A stretch of DNA of 64,000 bases from assembly GCA_032718475.1 (NCBI GenBank), contig JAUCBJ010001142.1, positions 1-64,000 on the forward strand, in the 5' to 3' direction. This stretch comes from Nemertoderma westbladi (Eukaryota; Animalia; Xenacoelomorpha). Of this stretch, positions 1-12,344 are shown piece after piece; position 1 is the first letter of the stretch, and each line of letters starts with the position of its first letter. The notes below the pieces were generated by a model that saw only the letters and a program-made list of their open reading frames with translations, made no database searches and was not told the DNA's origin. A program made the translations under genes and the position numbers.

Positions 1-236
1 CTCGCGGGTTGTTGCTGTTCCGCTGCTTCTTGGTCCCGTTTGACCTGAGCTCGAGTGCCTATGATAGACCTACGATGTTGGACCAGCCTAGGTTCTTTTA
101 TTACTACTGGAGGGATGACTTTCCTCACAGTGGGAGGTGAACTGAACTTACGACTAGAAGGTTCTACGCCTCTATCTGAGTCGCAGATAGTTACATCTAA
201 TATACTGTCTGACAGGTTCTGCTTAGTATCAGACAT
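1..236 (-). CDS. N-terminus of BEL/Pao Gag (copy B), partial
   Basis: ATG at 236 reads MSDTKQNLSDSILDV...SPPTVRKVIPPVVIKEPRLVQHRRSIIGTRAQVKRDQEAAEQQQPA, homologous to the N-terminus of ORF 43536..48026. Confidence 0.88.
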   Translation of the reverse strand, partial: MSDTKQNLSDSILDVTICDSDRGVEPSSRKFSSPPTVRKVIPPVVIKEPRLVQHRRSIIGTRAQVKRDQEAAEQQQPA

Positions 237-1599
237 GACTATGTATACCGTTGAATGTCTACTGCTGTATTACAGTCTGAGCAAGTCTAGTAACTCAGTA
301 TTAACTGCTAGCCTAGTAATTAATTACCGGTACTGCTACTCAGTGTAGCTTGATATATATATAATATATTAGAATACCGGTATGCTTATAGTATATATAA
401 CTATTATTACAGACTAGGTTTATCACCGAATACCGGTATAATTTTAGCACAAATATATATAAATATATAATAGGCCTATCGGGAATACCGGTACAGCTGA
501 CAGTTTGTAGTGTATATATAAGTATAGTTATTAACTGAATTAATTACAGAATACCGGTATGCTTTCAGCACAAATATAAATATTATAATAGGCCTATCGT
601 AAATACCGGTATATCAATTATTTTAGAATAATTGAATTTCTGAACTTTAGGGTTACTTGGTTACTTTAACTTACTTTATTACCGTTATTTAAGCAGTAGT
701 CCAACTGATATTGAGACCTAATTGTTATATGGTAGGCCTACTATTTATAAATCGTTAGATTTGATTTATAATATATATATACCCGTTTTAATGGGTTTAG
801 CCAATGTTTGAAATAAATGTTATTATTTCTGGGGGTAATCACTACACAAAGCGGTACGCTTTCAGTGAAGTGTTACGTACAGGACTCTAAAACAAATGAT
901 TCTAATTTACCTAAGTTACTTAATTCTACAAATTACGTACAATTCGGGTTGAGATTACAATCTCTAAATAAACACAAAAATTTACAAAAACACAAAATAC
1001 AAAATTTTTTAGGGTATTTTTACAAGAAGTCTACAAACCAGCCTAACAAAGGGTTAGAATTCTGGTTATTACAACGGACAGGGTACTACGGTATTTGAAA
1101 TAATAAGTAGTAGTAAATACACTGCGTTGTCCAGATAGAAAAATACCACCGCCTGACGACCTATAGCCGTATCGCTATAGGTTCTACGTTATGTATCATG
1201 GAGTGTTCCTACCTAGAAGTTAATAGAGCTAATCGAACGTGCCTATCAACCACTTTACAACACAAATATAATGCCTACACTAATTACTCTCGGAAAGCAC
1301 TGTACACTAAACCCTAAATTAGGTACGAGTACTTGTACAACAGATAATCAGTAGTTAAATATACTTGAACAGCTAAAAGAACCACGGCATCTGCTGGAGT
1401 GACCGATGCACAAAATCACCAGTCTTTACCTACGCCAAGCAGCCCGTGTAGTACCGGGGTTAATTTAACTATAGCGGTATGTATAACAAACACAATTACT
1501 GTAGGAACAAACTTGGGGAATGAATGTTGCAAATAATCGCATAAACTCTGAATAATAAATATTACGCTACGCGTACAAACTACTCAAACAAAATGCAGA

Positions 1600-2130
1600 C
1601 CAAACACTGACAGACTACTATCAAGCCTAAACAAACTACGGTATATGCAGACTCCGAAATAATTAGGTAGTATGCGTTCTAACCCAGTAGTACGACTTAT
1701 TCTTTAATTGGGGGTTTACCTTACAGCATTCGCTGCCCCTACTTCCTAACCGTTCTTTATCGGACAAGTGATCTACACACGCTGCAATCCGTTCAGACCT
1801 AATAACAGCCAGACAACTATCCAGCCTACAAATTATCTAAATAAAATTATACGCTACCCGTACAGACTTACACAAACAAAGTACAGACTAAACGATGACA
1901 GACTACTCTCAAGCCTAAATAAACTACAGGACATGCAGACTCCGAAATGATTAGGGAGTATGCGTTCTAACCCAGTAGTACGACTTATTCTTTAGTTGGG
2001 GGTTTACCTTACAGCATTCGCTGCCCCTACTTCCTAACCGTACTTAATCGGACAGGTGATCTACACACACTGCAATTCGTTCTTACTTAACAGCAATCAG
2101 ACAACAGCTCAGCCTACAAATCATCTGTAC
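1600..2130. repeat. ~288-bp tandem duplication in the BEL/Pao leader
   Basis: TATGCGTTCTAACCCAGTAGTACGACTTATTC at 1671 and 1959; mirrored at ~41520-42060 in copy A. Confidence 0.85.
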
Positions 2131-2480
2131 AATCTGATCAGGTTTACACGCCTTCTGTTCAATACTGGCCTACAAATAAATAAAACTTGACAGAAATAAG
2201 TAAACCATATAAAGGAATAAGGGGTGATCAATCCCTAATCCCTCAACAGCCTACCGGTATACAACAATCAAATCGAATAATACTAGTGTACTTATACGGA
2301 AGTACCGGTTAGGACAGCTAGGCCTACGGACCTACAGAAGTACCGGTTCTGGCAGTTGGGCCTACTGACCTACGGCAGTACCGGTTCTGGCGGTTGGGCC
2401 TACTGACCTACAGATGTACCGGTTCAGGTTTACCGGTTGACCGGTACTTTCAACTTTATTGCTTACTGCAATAAAGAAGC

Positions 2481-2492
2481 TATATCCTTTAA
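2481..2492 (-). promoter_or_regulatory. Non-tRNA primer-binding site of copy B (TTAAAGGATATA), complementary to LTR site 3218-3229
   Basis: + strand 2481-2492 TATATCCTTTAA is the exact reverse complement of 3218-3229 TTAAAGGATATA. It abuts the LTR end and has no TGG. Confidence 0.75.
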
Positions 2493-3670
2493 TGTTCGCG
2501 CTTTCAGACCTTTGGCAGTTTAACCCGCCAAATTAAGATGTCTTCTAGATATTAAATCGCTTTTTAGCCTATGACAAGTATTTGATTCACTACACTAGTC
2601 GAAACCAATCTGTGCGCGATCATTCACCCGCTGGATATTCCCGGGAGATTGGGTTCGACGGTTTAATTTTATTGCTATGTAAGCCTAATGTATTATTCGA
2701 CTGACAGTATTATATAATCTCTGACAATATTATTCACCTTCGGGAATATTAACAGTTCCTTTAGGACGTGGCGCTTTATTTATATAAACAGAGTTATGAC
2801 TTAAACTACTCACAACGATATGGCTTAATTATAATTCACATATATGGCGCATTCTTTAGGAAATGCTTCTTTAACAGACTCACTCGTACACAATGCTGCA
2901 CAATACTGCACACTAATCTGCCAATCTTCACTGATTTTAGTCACATATAAAAGGAACACAGACTGACTCATGTAGGGTCTATCAAATAACATTAGATTCA
3001 CTTCAAACCACTTTAACATAAGTCACAATCGTTATTGGTAACCTTTCTCTCTTACCTTCGGTATATCAAGAATATTGGGTTTCGGGGTTATTTCTCGTTA
3101 TTCCAATATAATAATTCATCAACAAATATAATGAATAACCGACAACAAATAGCAGTATACAGTATTGATTGAGCAGGTAATTTTTAGCAGTGAGATATTC
3201 AAGTGATTAAAAGCCAGTTAAAGGATATATGTCCTTATAATTAAACCTACTAGTGTTGAGCTAAAAAGCAGAAAGCACAAAACACTAAAAAGCCGTTCTT
3301 TCGTGGCTTTATAAAACTCGTGACTACTACTCTATACGAGGATACCAACTACCCTTATTCCACGAAGCTCCCGTTCAACACAGAGAAAGAGCAGTGAGAT
3401 AGGAAAATTTCAGTTCAGTAGCTCTGTGATAGGTCAAAATCAAGGCTAACTCAAATTCTATTGGGAGATACAAAAACAAGGCTTATGACGCAACCTCCCT
3501 AGGCTGGTTGGCCGATTAAACAGAGCCCAGATACCTGCGTACAGCAAATCAGCCAATAAGCTGGTAGCTTGCACTATTTTTAGCTATAGATCCCTTTAGA
3601 GTATTCTAGCGACCGGGGGGGAACTGGCCAACAAGGCAAACGAATCAGTTATCCCACAAAAGCTTTTACA
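2493..3670 (-). repeat. 5' LTR of BEL/Pao copy B (~1178 bp)
   Basis: TG...CA termini shared with copy A LTRs. The R/U5 part (2493-~3170) is highly similar to 40550-41223; the U3 part is largely non-alignable. Confidence 0.88.
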
Positions 3671-3684
3671 GGTATTTTATTTTT

Positions 3685-3870
3685 TGTTACTATTAGTTTT
3701 TTTAATGGCAGCCATGGGCCAACTGTTATCTGATTATGGGGTGATGGGAGTCCTGGGCCATGCGGGGTGGGGGTATTTTATTTTTTTTATTATCAGTTTT
3801 TTTAATGGCAGCCATGGGCCAACTGTTATCTGATTATGGGGTGATGGAAGCCCTGGGCCACGTGGGGAGT
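3685..3870. repeat. 100-bp tandem duplication, with a partial third copy near 4073
   Basis: TTTAATGGCAGCCATGGGCCAACTGTTATCTGATTATGGGGTGATGG at 3701 and 3801; TGGCAGCCATGGGCCA again at ~4073. Confidence 0.85.
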
Positions 3871-4351
3871 TTTTTTTACAGTATAAATAATTATTATGGA
3901 AATTTTTTCGTGAGTATTTTTTTACCTTTTTTTTTAAGATATTTTTTACAGAGATTTTTTTAAGATATTTTATTTTACTTATTTTTTTCAAGATATTTTT
4001 TTTACTTAATTATTTTTCAAGATATTTTTTCCACTTATTTATTATTTAAATATTTTATCAAGTGTTTTATAGTGGCAGCCATGGGCCACCATACACCAAT
4101 CACCAGACCTCTACATCATAGCAGTTAACTTGGCTGGACGATTATGCTGTAAACTACAGTATACTATAGGCCTAAATCACCAAACTGGAAGTATTGTTAT
4201 ACATGCCGCACTACCCGCTCCTGCATGGCCTGAAACGCCTATCTACAGTATTATACTGTACTTACTTATTGTATACTACCGGTACCATTACCATAACGCA
4301 TAACGAAATGTACTTTTTGTATACAAAATAAATGATGGTAGGCCTACCTAC

Positions 4352-4478
4352 CAATTAATTGCAATTAATTGATTATGAGAAACTCAATTATTCAATTAAT
4401 TGATTGGCAACTCCGCCAATTACAATTAATTGATTGGTGCCATGCAATTAAATTGCAATCAATTATTGACAACCCCTG
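4352..4478. mobile_element. Possible DNA-transposon end with iterated CAATTAATTG subterminal motifs
   Basis: Five to six CAATTAATTG/AATTGCAAT palindromic motifs ending in ACAACCCCTG (CAGGGGTTG on - strand, hAT-like terminus). No partner end was found. Confidence 0.3.
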
Positions 4479-6744
4479 GTCGATGCATGTCGACTTTACC
4501 CTGGCTTTCATGGCTTCTTCAGGTCATTATAATGAAACTGCGTATACACAGAGAAACTGCAGCGCGGTTTCTCTTATATTAATCTTATATTATTAAATTA
4601 ATATATTGCATTAATCTTGAATCACTAATTATGTTTAATGTGTTATTTGATTTTTAAGAATGTTTTTTAGAAAGACCTTTATAAAGGTTTTTATTTCCAA
4701 ATAGATGGGGAGAGTGGGTGGGGGTAGAATGCGTGTCAAAGGGTGCCGTAACTTCAATTTGCACTTGCGATCGAAAACCCATCCCGTAATGACTTCAGAA
4801 ACCTCAATGTGATAAATTAATGGGAATATAGCTTCTATGCAACAACTGGCCAACACACAAGTATCACTTTGTTGCCCGCATGATATTGTTCAACAAGAAT
4901 GCCTCTGTTAAACTTACCACGAGCTGTTAATCAGGAATACCTCGAAGTCAGATGTTGTTGATGTTATATTAACTATTGGAGTTTACAATGTATACTTAAT
5001 GTAACTAAAGTTGTCGTCCAATACGCGATCCAACTGGAACTTGTGTAGCTGATGAAGAATCGTTATGAGGAATGGAGTGAGTCGAGGTAGAAGGTTAATC
5101 TGGGTCCGGTTCCTGAAAGGCGATAATCCCGAAATATAAAACCGGTCTCCCAAGTAGCTGAACGGTGATAAACTGTCAACGGTCGTCATAGCAACGGTCG
5201 TCTTGCATGTATTGTGCGTTTGATACTTTGATGTGAGTTAAATCGATAAATAAAATCTGATTACTCCAAAAAATAGTAGTTTAACATGTTCTATTTGATG
5301 ACTTTTATTTTATTTTTTGGTTAGAATAACTGTAACCTGCACCTTTACCTTACAGTAATTGATAATTGAACATTGAGATGAGATACTGTAATTATTTACA
5401 GAGATGGGATTTGCGGAATCCCCCCTCCCCAACCCCCCCCCCCCCCCCTCCCCTCCCCACACCACACCCTTTCTCGTCATCAAATTTATGCGTGAGTAAA
5501 ATATGTATCAGTTGTTATGACAACTTAAACAATTAACATTCTAGTAATTTAAATTATACCAGAAACACAACAAAACAATAATATTGCCATGTATGTAAGA
5601 ATGTAACATTATTTAACAGAGTAACTAGTATTCTTCCTTGACTTATTAATATTTGTTCACAACTTCACAATAGGTTTCATAGATTTATTTGGAAACTTAT
5701 TCTAGAACTATATATTTTTGTTCTTATTTTATAACAGTAGGTATGACTATTGACTATGTCCTCTGCTACCCACTGTATGATCATTTTGTTCAATGTGTGA
5801 ATGGCTATACGACATGGGTACCAACAATTTGAATTTTTTTTGCCTTATTCAGATTGTTGCTATATCAGTTACAGTTGTTCTAGAACATTTATTAAGTTTT
5901 ACAGGAATACGATTTATTCTGTTTTACACGGATACATTATAAGAACAAACTATACATAGGTAATGACGTACAGGCCTACATTAACATGGGACACTACTTG
6001 TGATCCAAATATTGAAGACATTTCTGCACTGTTGTTAAGTGAAAGAAGTGCGATGCGATCGAGTTTGCTCATAGCAAAGGTCTATTACCATCTGATAATA
6101 TTTAATATAACATTGAGTATTGTAATGCAGAGTGCAGTGCCACTACCTCTTTGAATCTAATTACAAAGCATGGCTTTACACGTCTTGTACGTCGGTGTAA
6201 ATCAAGATCATAATGCATAATCATAATCATGATGTAAAGGTAACAGATAATTAATAAATTTACAATGACTTACATAAAATACACAGGTTTCAAAAAAAAT
6301 TTGAAAATGTAGGTACCGGTACCGCTGTCGTATAAGTGGCAGAATGATCTGTTATCATGTGTTTTTTTATTCTAGTACAACATTTCTTCCTTCTGATAGA
6401 CATTACCTAATATCTTTCTAAAATGGCACAAATAAAAACACTAAATATAGAACATTTTCAAAATTATCACTATTTACTTTTTTTGTGCTGAGGAATATGG
6501 AACTCTTCCTTAAATTAATACTTTATATTTTTTATTGTTTTTAATAATTGATTTTCCAAATGAAAGATAAATCAATACCGCGCACCGCTTTTATCATTTT
6601 ATATAATCAATATTATTTATATAACGTCTTACTGGTAGTTTAATATAGTGTGAGAGGGGGGTTATTTGAATGTGGAAACTCACATGGTCATACCAGTAAA
6701 GCTACAGTAAGAGCATCACTGTGGCAGAGGTTTGTGAAGAGGCA

Positions 6745-8577
6745 ATGTCTTCAGCATCTGAGTCAGAAGATACCGGTAAAACGCGTGAGCGGATCTTATC
6801 CAACATTAGGAGTGAATTGCAATTGGTAAACGAACCCCCTGACATACGAATAGTTGTAGGCAAAAGGAAAATTTCCGCACACAGACGTCTCTTGGTGGAG
6901 TTGTCTGACTTCTTCAAAGTCATGTTCACTCATGGATGGAAAGAAACCAACCAACCTGATGTGAAAATCGGAGGTGTAGATCCAGTTTTAGACGCAGACG
7001 CTGTGGAACAGATCATTAACTTCGCATACACATCATTAATAACGGTAAATGAGAATACTGTGGAGAATCTGTTAGCTGCCGCATCTATGCTCCTGGTGAT
7101 TGAGGTGATGCGAAGGTGCTGCGAGTTCCTGAAGGACAACCTGGACCCGAGTAATTGTATTGGATTCCTATTGATTGCAGAAACTTTTTTTTGTCAGGAA
7201 CTGTTGTGTGATGCCAAAAAGTTCATGATGCATCGCTTCTATAATGTTATACAGAATAACAATGACGAGTTTCTTTTGTTGCCGGTTAATAAGCTGAAGG
7301 AGATAATTAAAAGTGATGAGCTGAATGTTCGTTCTGAGGAGCAGCTGTTCACTGCTGTGATGAAATGGGTTGAGAGCAGTCCGGAATGGATTCGGCACAA
7401 ATTCGAGCACAATGAGGAACATTTTCCTTTACTGCTCGAGCTGCTCAAACTCATTCGTTTGCCACTAATTAGATTGGAATTCCTAGAGGGAACGGTGAAG
7501 ACCCACCCTCTGATTTGTAATGACATTGAGTGTCTGAATCTGGTAGAAGATGCAGAGACATTCCATATGGAGGACTCATGGATCGCCAGCCCTTGGGTGG
7601 GGACGCATCCTCGTAAACCCCAGCACTGTGTACGTTTGTTTGCTTTCAGTCGGAATACAAGCGATTACCTTACTCCAATGATGTGTCATCCACCTTCATT
7701 CTCGATAGAACAATACATACCAGTGTATAATCAGTGGCGAGGGGTTAAAAAAATGATTACGCCCAGATCTGACATGGCAGTTACAGTGCTCAATGGATTT
7801 TTGTATGCGACAGGAGGTTACATTTGGTCGGAACTATCCGTAACAAACATCAGTGAGCGTTATGATCCAAAAGTTGACCAATGGAATGATATTGCTCCCA
7901 TGAGCACATCTCGTTGTTACCATGGTGTCGCAGTGATGGACGGCTTGCTCTATGCTGTTGGGGGATGTGGACTTTTGAGATATCTCAAGACCGTGGAGCA
8001 TTATGACCCGAACACCAACAACTGGACACCGGTTACTTCAATGAAGAATTGTCGAGCAAGATTATCAGTGGCCGTTCTAGGTGGATGTCTTTATGCTATT
8101 GGTGGTAGGAATGCATCTTCTACATGTATGAATTATATTATGAATTCGGTCGAGATGTACAACCCAAAAACCAAAAAATGGACAGATGAGGTGGCAGCAA
8201 TGAACATCAGTCGGCATTCCTTTGGGTGCGCTGTTTATAACAACCATATATACGTGGTAGGGGGCCTTATGGAGTTGGATCCGACAGTGGCACTCAGTAG
8301 CGTTGAGCGCTATGATCCAGTAAGCAATACCTGGATTCTGGTTGGAGCTGATTCGTTACCTGGTAATGGTATAGGAATCGTTCTTTGCTTCGGTGAAATT
8401 ATAGACATGGGACATTCCGATGGCGAAATGGACCAAAATAAGGTGAAGAATTTCGGGGATAATTCTTGGCAGTTGTGTGGAACGATGGAGAGCTGTAGGC
8501 GTAGAATACCTGAAGTGAATATAATTAAGTTCTCAAATTGCGAGTGCGTGTCACCATTCTTTTATATTTATGATTAA
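6745..8577 (+). CDS. Intronless BTB-BACK-Kelch protein, divergent KLHL20/diablo-like (Cul3 adaptor family)
   Basis: BTB (DIRIVVG..ISAHRRLL...SDFFKVMFT), BACK (CCEFLKDNLDPSNCIG, SDELNVRSEEQLFTAVMKWV), linker HPRKP, Kelch repeats (LYAVGG..YLKTVEHYDP..NNW; GCAVYNNHIYVVGG). The C-terminus IIKFSNCE resembles KLHL20 VIKMTHCE. First ATG at 6745 (the ORF track uses GTG at 6721). Confidence 0.93.
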   Translation: MSSASESEDTGKTRERILSNIRSELQLVNEPPDIRIVVGKRKISAHRRLLVELSDFFKVMFTHGWKETNQPDVKIGGVDPVLDADAVEQIINFAYTSLITVNENTVENLLAAASMLLVIEVMRRCCEFLKDNLDPSNCIGFLLIAETFFCQELLCDAKKFMMHRFYNVIQNNNDEFLLLPVNKLKEIIKSDELNVRSEEQLFTAVMKWVESSPEWIRHKFEHNEEHFPLLLELLKLIRLPLIRLEFLEGTVKTHPLICNDIECLNLVEDAETFHMEDSWIASPWVGTHPRKPQHCVRLFAFSRNTSDYLTPMMCHPPSFSIEQYIPVYNQWRGVKKMITPRSDMAVTVLNGFLYATGGYIWSELSVTNISERYDPKVDQWNDIAPMSTSRCYHGVAVMDGLLYAVGGCGLLRYLKTVEHYDPNTNNWTPVTSMKNCRARLSVAVLGGCLYAIGGRNASSTCMNYIMNSVEMYNPKTKKWTDEVAAMNISRHSFGCAVYNNHIYVVGGLMELDPTVALSSVERYDPVSNTWILVGADSLPGNGIGIVLCFGEIIDMGHSDGEMDQNKVKNFGDNSWQLCGTMESCRRRIPEVNIIKFSNCECVSPFFYIYD

Positions 8578-8689
8578 TTGTTTTACATTGATGACAATAT
8601 ACGATATATAATTTTAAAAGATAACTGTACCTTTTCAATGTTGCCTTCCTTTAACTGAACCTTTGCACATGTACAGGTCCCATTAACCA

Positions 8690-9120
8690 GCAGCCGGTTG
8701 CATCAAGCTCCACTAACTACTTAGTGCCACTAACCACTTAGGGTGTTGATAGTGATAGTGACACTAATGTAAATACAAGTACCGTTGCACCACGCTCACT
8801 AACACTTAAGTTAGTGCCCGTTAACCCCCCTAACCACCTCACTAAGCACTCCCACTATCTGTCCTCACTAAACGGAATTACAGTAGGCCTACTAAATTGA
8901 TGGTCCCGCCTTCGTTTTAAATAGAATATATAGGCGGTAATATGAATAATCTCCGCGGAACATGCCAATCCTTCTCTTAACTCTTCCAGTAAAAAACCCA
9001 CGCTCGCTTTGTCAAAACGGAATCTTTGATAGTACTCTAAATGTCAGTGGTAGTGTTCGAACGGTCAAATCTCTCTGAAACTCTACTTTTCTTTGCATTG
9101 TCCCTTTGCCCGAATAAACA
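8690..9120 (-). mobile_element. Degraded PIF/Harbinger transposon remnant
   Basis: - strand ~9065-8965 reads PFEHYH*HLEYYQRFRFDKASVGFLLEELREGL, like the N-terminal (Y/F)RF motif region of HARBI1-type transposases. 8695-8870 (CCGGTTGCATCAA...CACTAAC repeats) resembles a Harbinger terminus. Confidence 0.45.
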
Positions 9121-9206
9121 AAATACGACGAGAAACTTCGAAAATTTATAGCAAGTAGGTATTAATTAAAGATATCCTCCTGGATAGCCTCCTCCTGGAT
9201 GGAAAG

Positions 9207-10400
9207 TTATTTTTCACACGGGCGGCGGAGATGAAATGGAATACGTGATGCACGTACTGCGACAGGATCTGCATCTTCTCTGAGGTGTAATTTCACTTGA
9301 ATTGGGGTGCCATTTTCGTCACACATGAGACCTGTGGCTGAGAAAACATTGGAATATTTTGATATAATATTGTCCAGATGTGATGTGTCCAATGTTTTGT
9401 GAGTTTTGCATTCTAATAATTGTCGCACTCCTATCTTCATTCCTCTTTCTTTTACACTAGGTGGGCCAACCCGTAGCAAATCCAAAGCTGTGGCAGATTT
9501 GTATCCTAATAGAGATAAGTCTTGTGTACTAACAACAATAAACTTTACCTTAGCTGCTTGCCCATAGGCTTCCACTGTTGCTCGAACTTTTCCAACGATT
9601 TTTAGCGGAGTTTTGAATTGTATGGATATATGATACTTTTAGTGGGTGTTAGATTCATGTATTCACCATGTTGTTGTAGTGTTTTGTATGCAGAATATGT
9701 GAGGATATTACATTCTGCTCCAGAATCAATCAGTATAGGGATGCTTGTATTGTTGATATTTACATTGTAACAAGGACCCGCAGTAGAAATCTTATGAATT
9801 TTGTGTTCTTTAAATAGAGCATTGATGCATAAATCACCATACTTATCAGATGATGTGCTTTCTTCGCTGTAAATCGTTTCAGTTTCTTCATTGTCTCGAC
9901 TAATTGTCGTAAGTTTCGTTTAGTTTTCATACATACTCCTTTCATGTGTCCTATTCCACCACATGCATTACAGATGATTTTTGCTGATATTCGACAATCA
10001 GGAACTTTGTGATCTGTATTCCCACATTGGTAACAATGTGTATATTGGGATGTGCTGACAGAATTTGCAGTTGGTGGCTTGTTCTGGTATTTGTAATTTA
10101 CCGTTTTTCGCTGCCATTGCTGTTCAGCGTTTGCTTTTGGCCTTGAATATCGGTTTTTAAATTTAGCTATTTTATTAACTTCTAGGTCATCAATGTCGTC
10201 ACTTTGTCCCACTAGTTTTGTAGATCGTGCAAACTCTTCAATATCTAGTGCTTGTTTAGATGTCTGTTTTAGCGTTTGAGCAATTTGAATACATCGTGTT
10301 AGTGTACAAGCTGCAGCGTCTTCCTCTGCCACTCGAAGAAATCGTTGTAATAATTTCTTGGATCGACATCCTGCTACAGCGCGGTCACGTATATTTCGCT
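9207..10400 (-). pseudogene. Ty3/Gypsy gag-protease fragment with frameshifts
   Basis: Gag IRDRAVAG...LTRCIQIAQ; two CCHC knuckles (CYQCGNTDHKVPDC, CNACGGIGHMKGVC); protease IPILIDSGAECNIL at ~9745-9705; post-protease SLLG..A..L, YSNVF and RIPFHLR motifs. No RT or LTR. Confidence 0.85.
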
Positions 10401-11440
10401 TTACAAAAATTCAATTAAAAAATAACCAGACAAATACATTGTGGAATAAACTATTTCAGATATAATCCTACACAACAGCCATGCCATGGATACTATTTAT
10501 GTTATTATATCTCTCATTTACCTGAGATAGCAATACAACATTTATAGTAGAGTCAATAGGAATTGGAATACAGGAAGGATGGTGGGATGTGGGATTTAAA
10601 GAACGCTGTCTGGGCTGGACATTGCTTTCGCCGTGAGGACCAGCCAGTGCATAATCTTGTACTTTGGCAGCCTCATGGAGTGAATAAGCATGGTGGACAG
10701 CCCATGACTTTCTTGAGACGCATCTTAAAGGACACTGGCCTTAAAGATGCCGATGATCTAGCAAATGTCATGGGTGATAGGGAGTTGTGGCGGTGCAATT
10801 TTGTTGACAAGCCGGCACAGCATTCTTAAAAATGCAGCTGCAATGCAGCATGCCGATCCTAGTAGTAGTAGTAGTAGTCTGGGCTGGAATAGCTATACTG
10901 GTTGCCTATTACAATTCCTCTCTGGTTAGTCTACAGCCACAACTCCCAGCCAGCTAGCTCCACACCAGCAGAGACTTGACCAATAATGGGCAGGATTAAA
11001 TTTATACTCAATAATTGTGCCGTTTAATTACGTTTAGATCAATTAAAGACACATTTATAAAAGCAAATCACTTTAACTAATTAAAAACTATAATAGAATG
11101 GGGTATGTGGATTACATCTGTATAATTTTTAAGTATAATTATTGAAGTCTTATACTGTAAAACAATTAATTTATTTTAACAGGCAGGTTGAAAGTGCTGT
11201 TTTTACCGTAATCAATTTGATTAACTAATTAACTGCTAAATCTTAGCTTCTCGAAGGCCACACGAAAATTCAACTTGGAAAATTTATAAACTTTTGCCAA
11301 ACAACATGTGTACCAAGTTTGGATAGATTTCATCGAAGATTGGCCGAGTTATTAACGTTTAAAATTGAACACTGCAAAAAAAGCGACAGAACGACAGAAC
11401 GACACGTTCGTGGGGCCTTCGCGCAGCACGAGGCCCAGTT
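10400..11440 (+). repeat. Dispersed repeat copy 1 (HINE/non-autonomous Helentron-like)
   Basis: Closely similar to 12345-13050. Contains the core CATGTGTACCAAGTTTGG, an (ACGACAGA)n microsatellite and a 3' hairpin GGGCCTTCG...CGAGGCCC. Family assignment is by resemblance only. Confidence 0.6.
10620..10876 (+). mobile_element. 5'-truncated non-LTR retrotransposon 3' end (RTE-like) with (TAG)n tail and 12-bp TSD
   Basis: Peptide WAGHCFRREDQPVHNLVLWQP...DRELWR is typical of RTE-clade C-termini; TAG repeat tail; GTCTGGGCTGGA at 10608-10619 and 10877-10888; empty site at 12544-12555. Confidence 0.88.
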
Positions 11441-11654
11441 ATGAGATACAAATTAAAATTGAGCGACTGTATCACAAAATCAGGTTTTGAGAAATTTACC
11501 CACACCACCAATCAATCAAAGAAAGGGGGACAGTACGTGTTCACCCCTTTTAATCCCCCCCCCCCAATCCCACCCTTCCCAACCACCAATACATAACCGC
11601 GACATCTACCACCCACGGAAGGGTAGCACGAACTTATTTCCAATCGCACGTTAA

Positions 11655-12110
11655 ATATGCAAAGCCAGGTGGTGTATAGGAATATAATAAACGCAGTACT
11701 CGTTTTCATTATAAGCCTCGTTGCGTTCGTCCTGTTTTGTATTTAAATATATTTCTTAAACGCAGGCTAGGACGATCTTTATAATAATAATAACTAGGGA
11801 TGCGTTCAATATGCAAAGCCAGGTGGTTTATAGGAATATAATAAACGCAGTACTCGTTTTCATTATAAGCCTCGTTGCGTTCGTCCTGTTTTGTATTTAA
11901 ATATATTTCTTAAACGCAGGCTAGGACGATCTTTATAATAATAATAACTAGGGATGCGATCAATATGTGAAGCCAGGTGGTTTATATAATAATTTAGTCA
12001 ACGCAGTACTCGTCTTCATTATATGCCTCGTTGCGCGCGTCGCTTGTCCTGTTTTGTCATAAAATATTTTTCCTAAACGCAGACTAACGATCTTTATACA
12101 GTTATAACTA
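11655..12110. repeat. 154-bp tandem repeat, ~3 copies
   Basis: ATATGCAAAGCCAGGTGG at 11655 and 11809, with a diverged copy at 11963. Confidence 0.9.
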
Positions 12111-12344
12111 TGCGAAGTTTCGAAACTGTGCGAGTAACTGTTGATACATCTATGTGGAGATGTGTGATATGTGGAGATGTGTGATACAACGCCAACACAT
12201 CGTATGCCGATGTAGTAATATGGGTATTGAAATAATATTAAATCAATGTACACTCTTAAAGCTGCAGCGAAAAAATGTAGCTAATTTCCTAGGTTACATA
12301 TAAAATAATAATAATATTTTTAAGAACATTAATTTTACTACTTT

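Larger units (their letters stand above)
1..3670 (-). mobile_element. BEL/Pao LTR retrotransposon, 5' part (copy B): 5' LTR, ~2.3-kb leader and start of gag; continues off the left edge of the window
   Basis: Reverse complement aligns along its length with 39981-43800. The LTR starts TGTAAAAGCTT (3670) and ends GAAAGCGCGAACA (2493), as in copy A. Confidence 0.92.

Noticed and set aside
4635-5189. Short - strand ORFs as possible host exons
   Set aside because: No recognisable domain and no consistent splice model.
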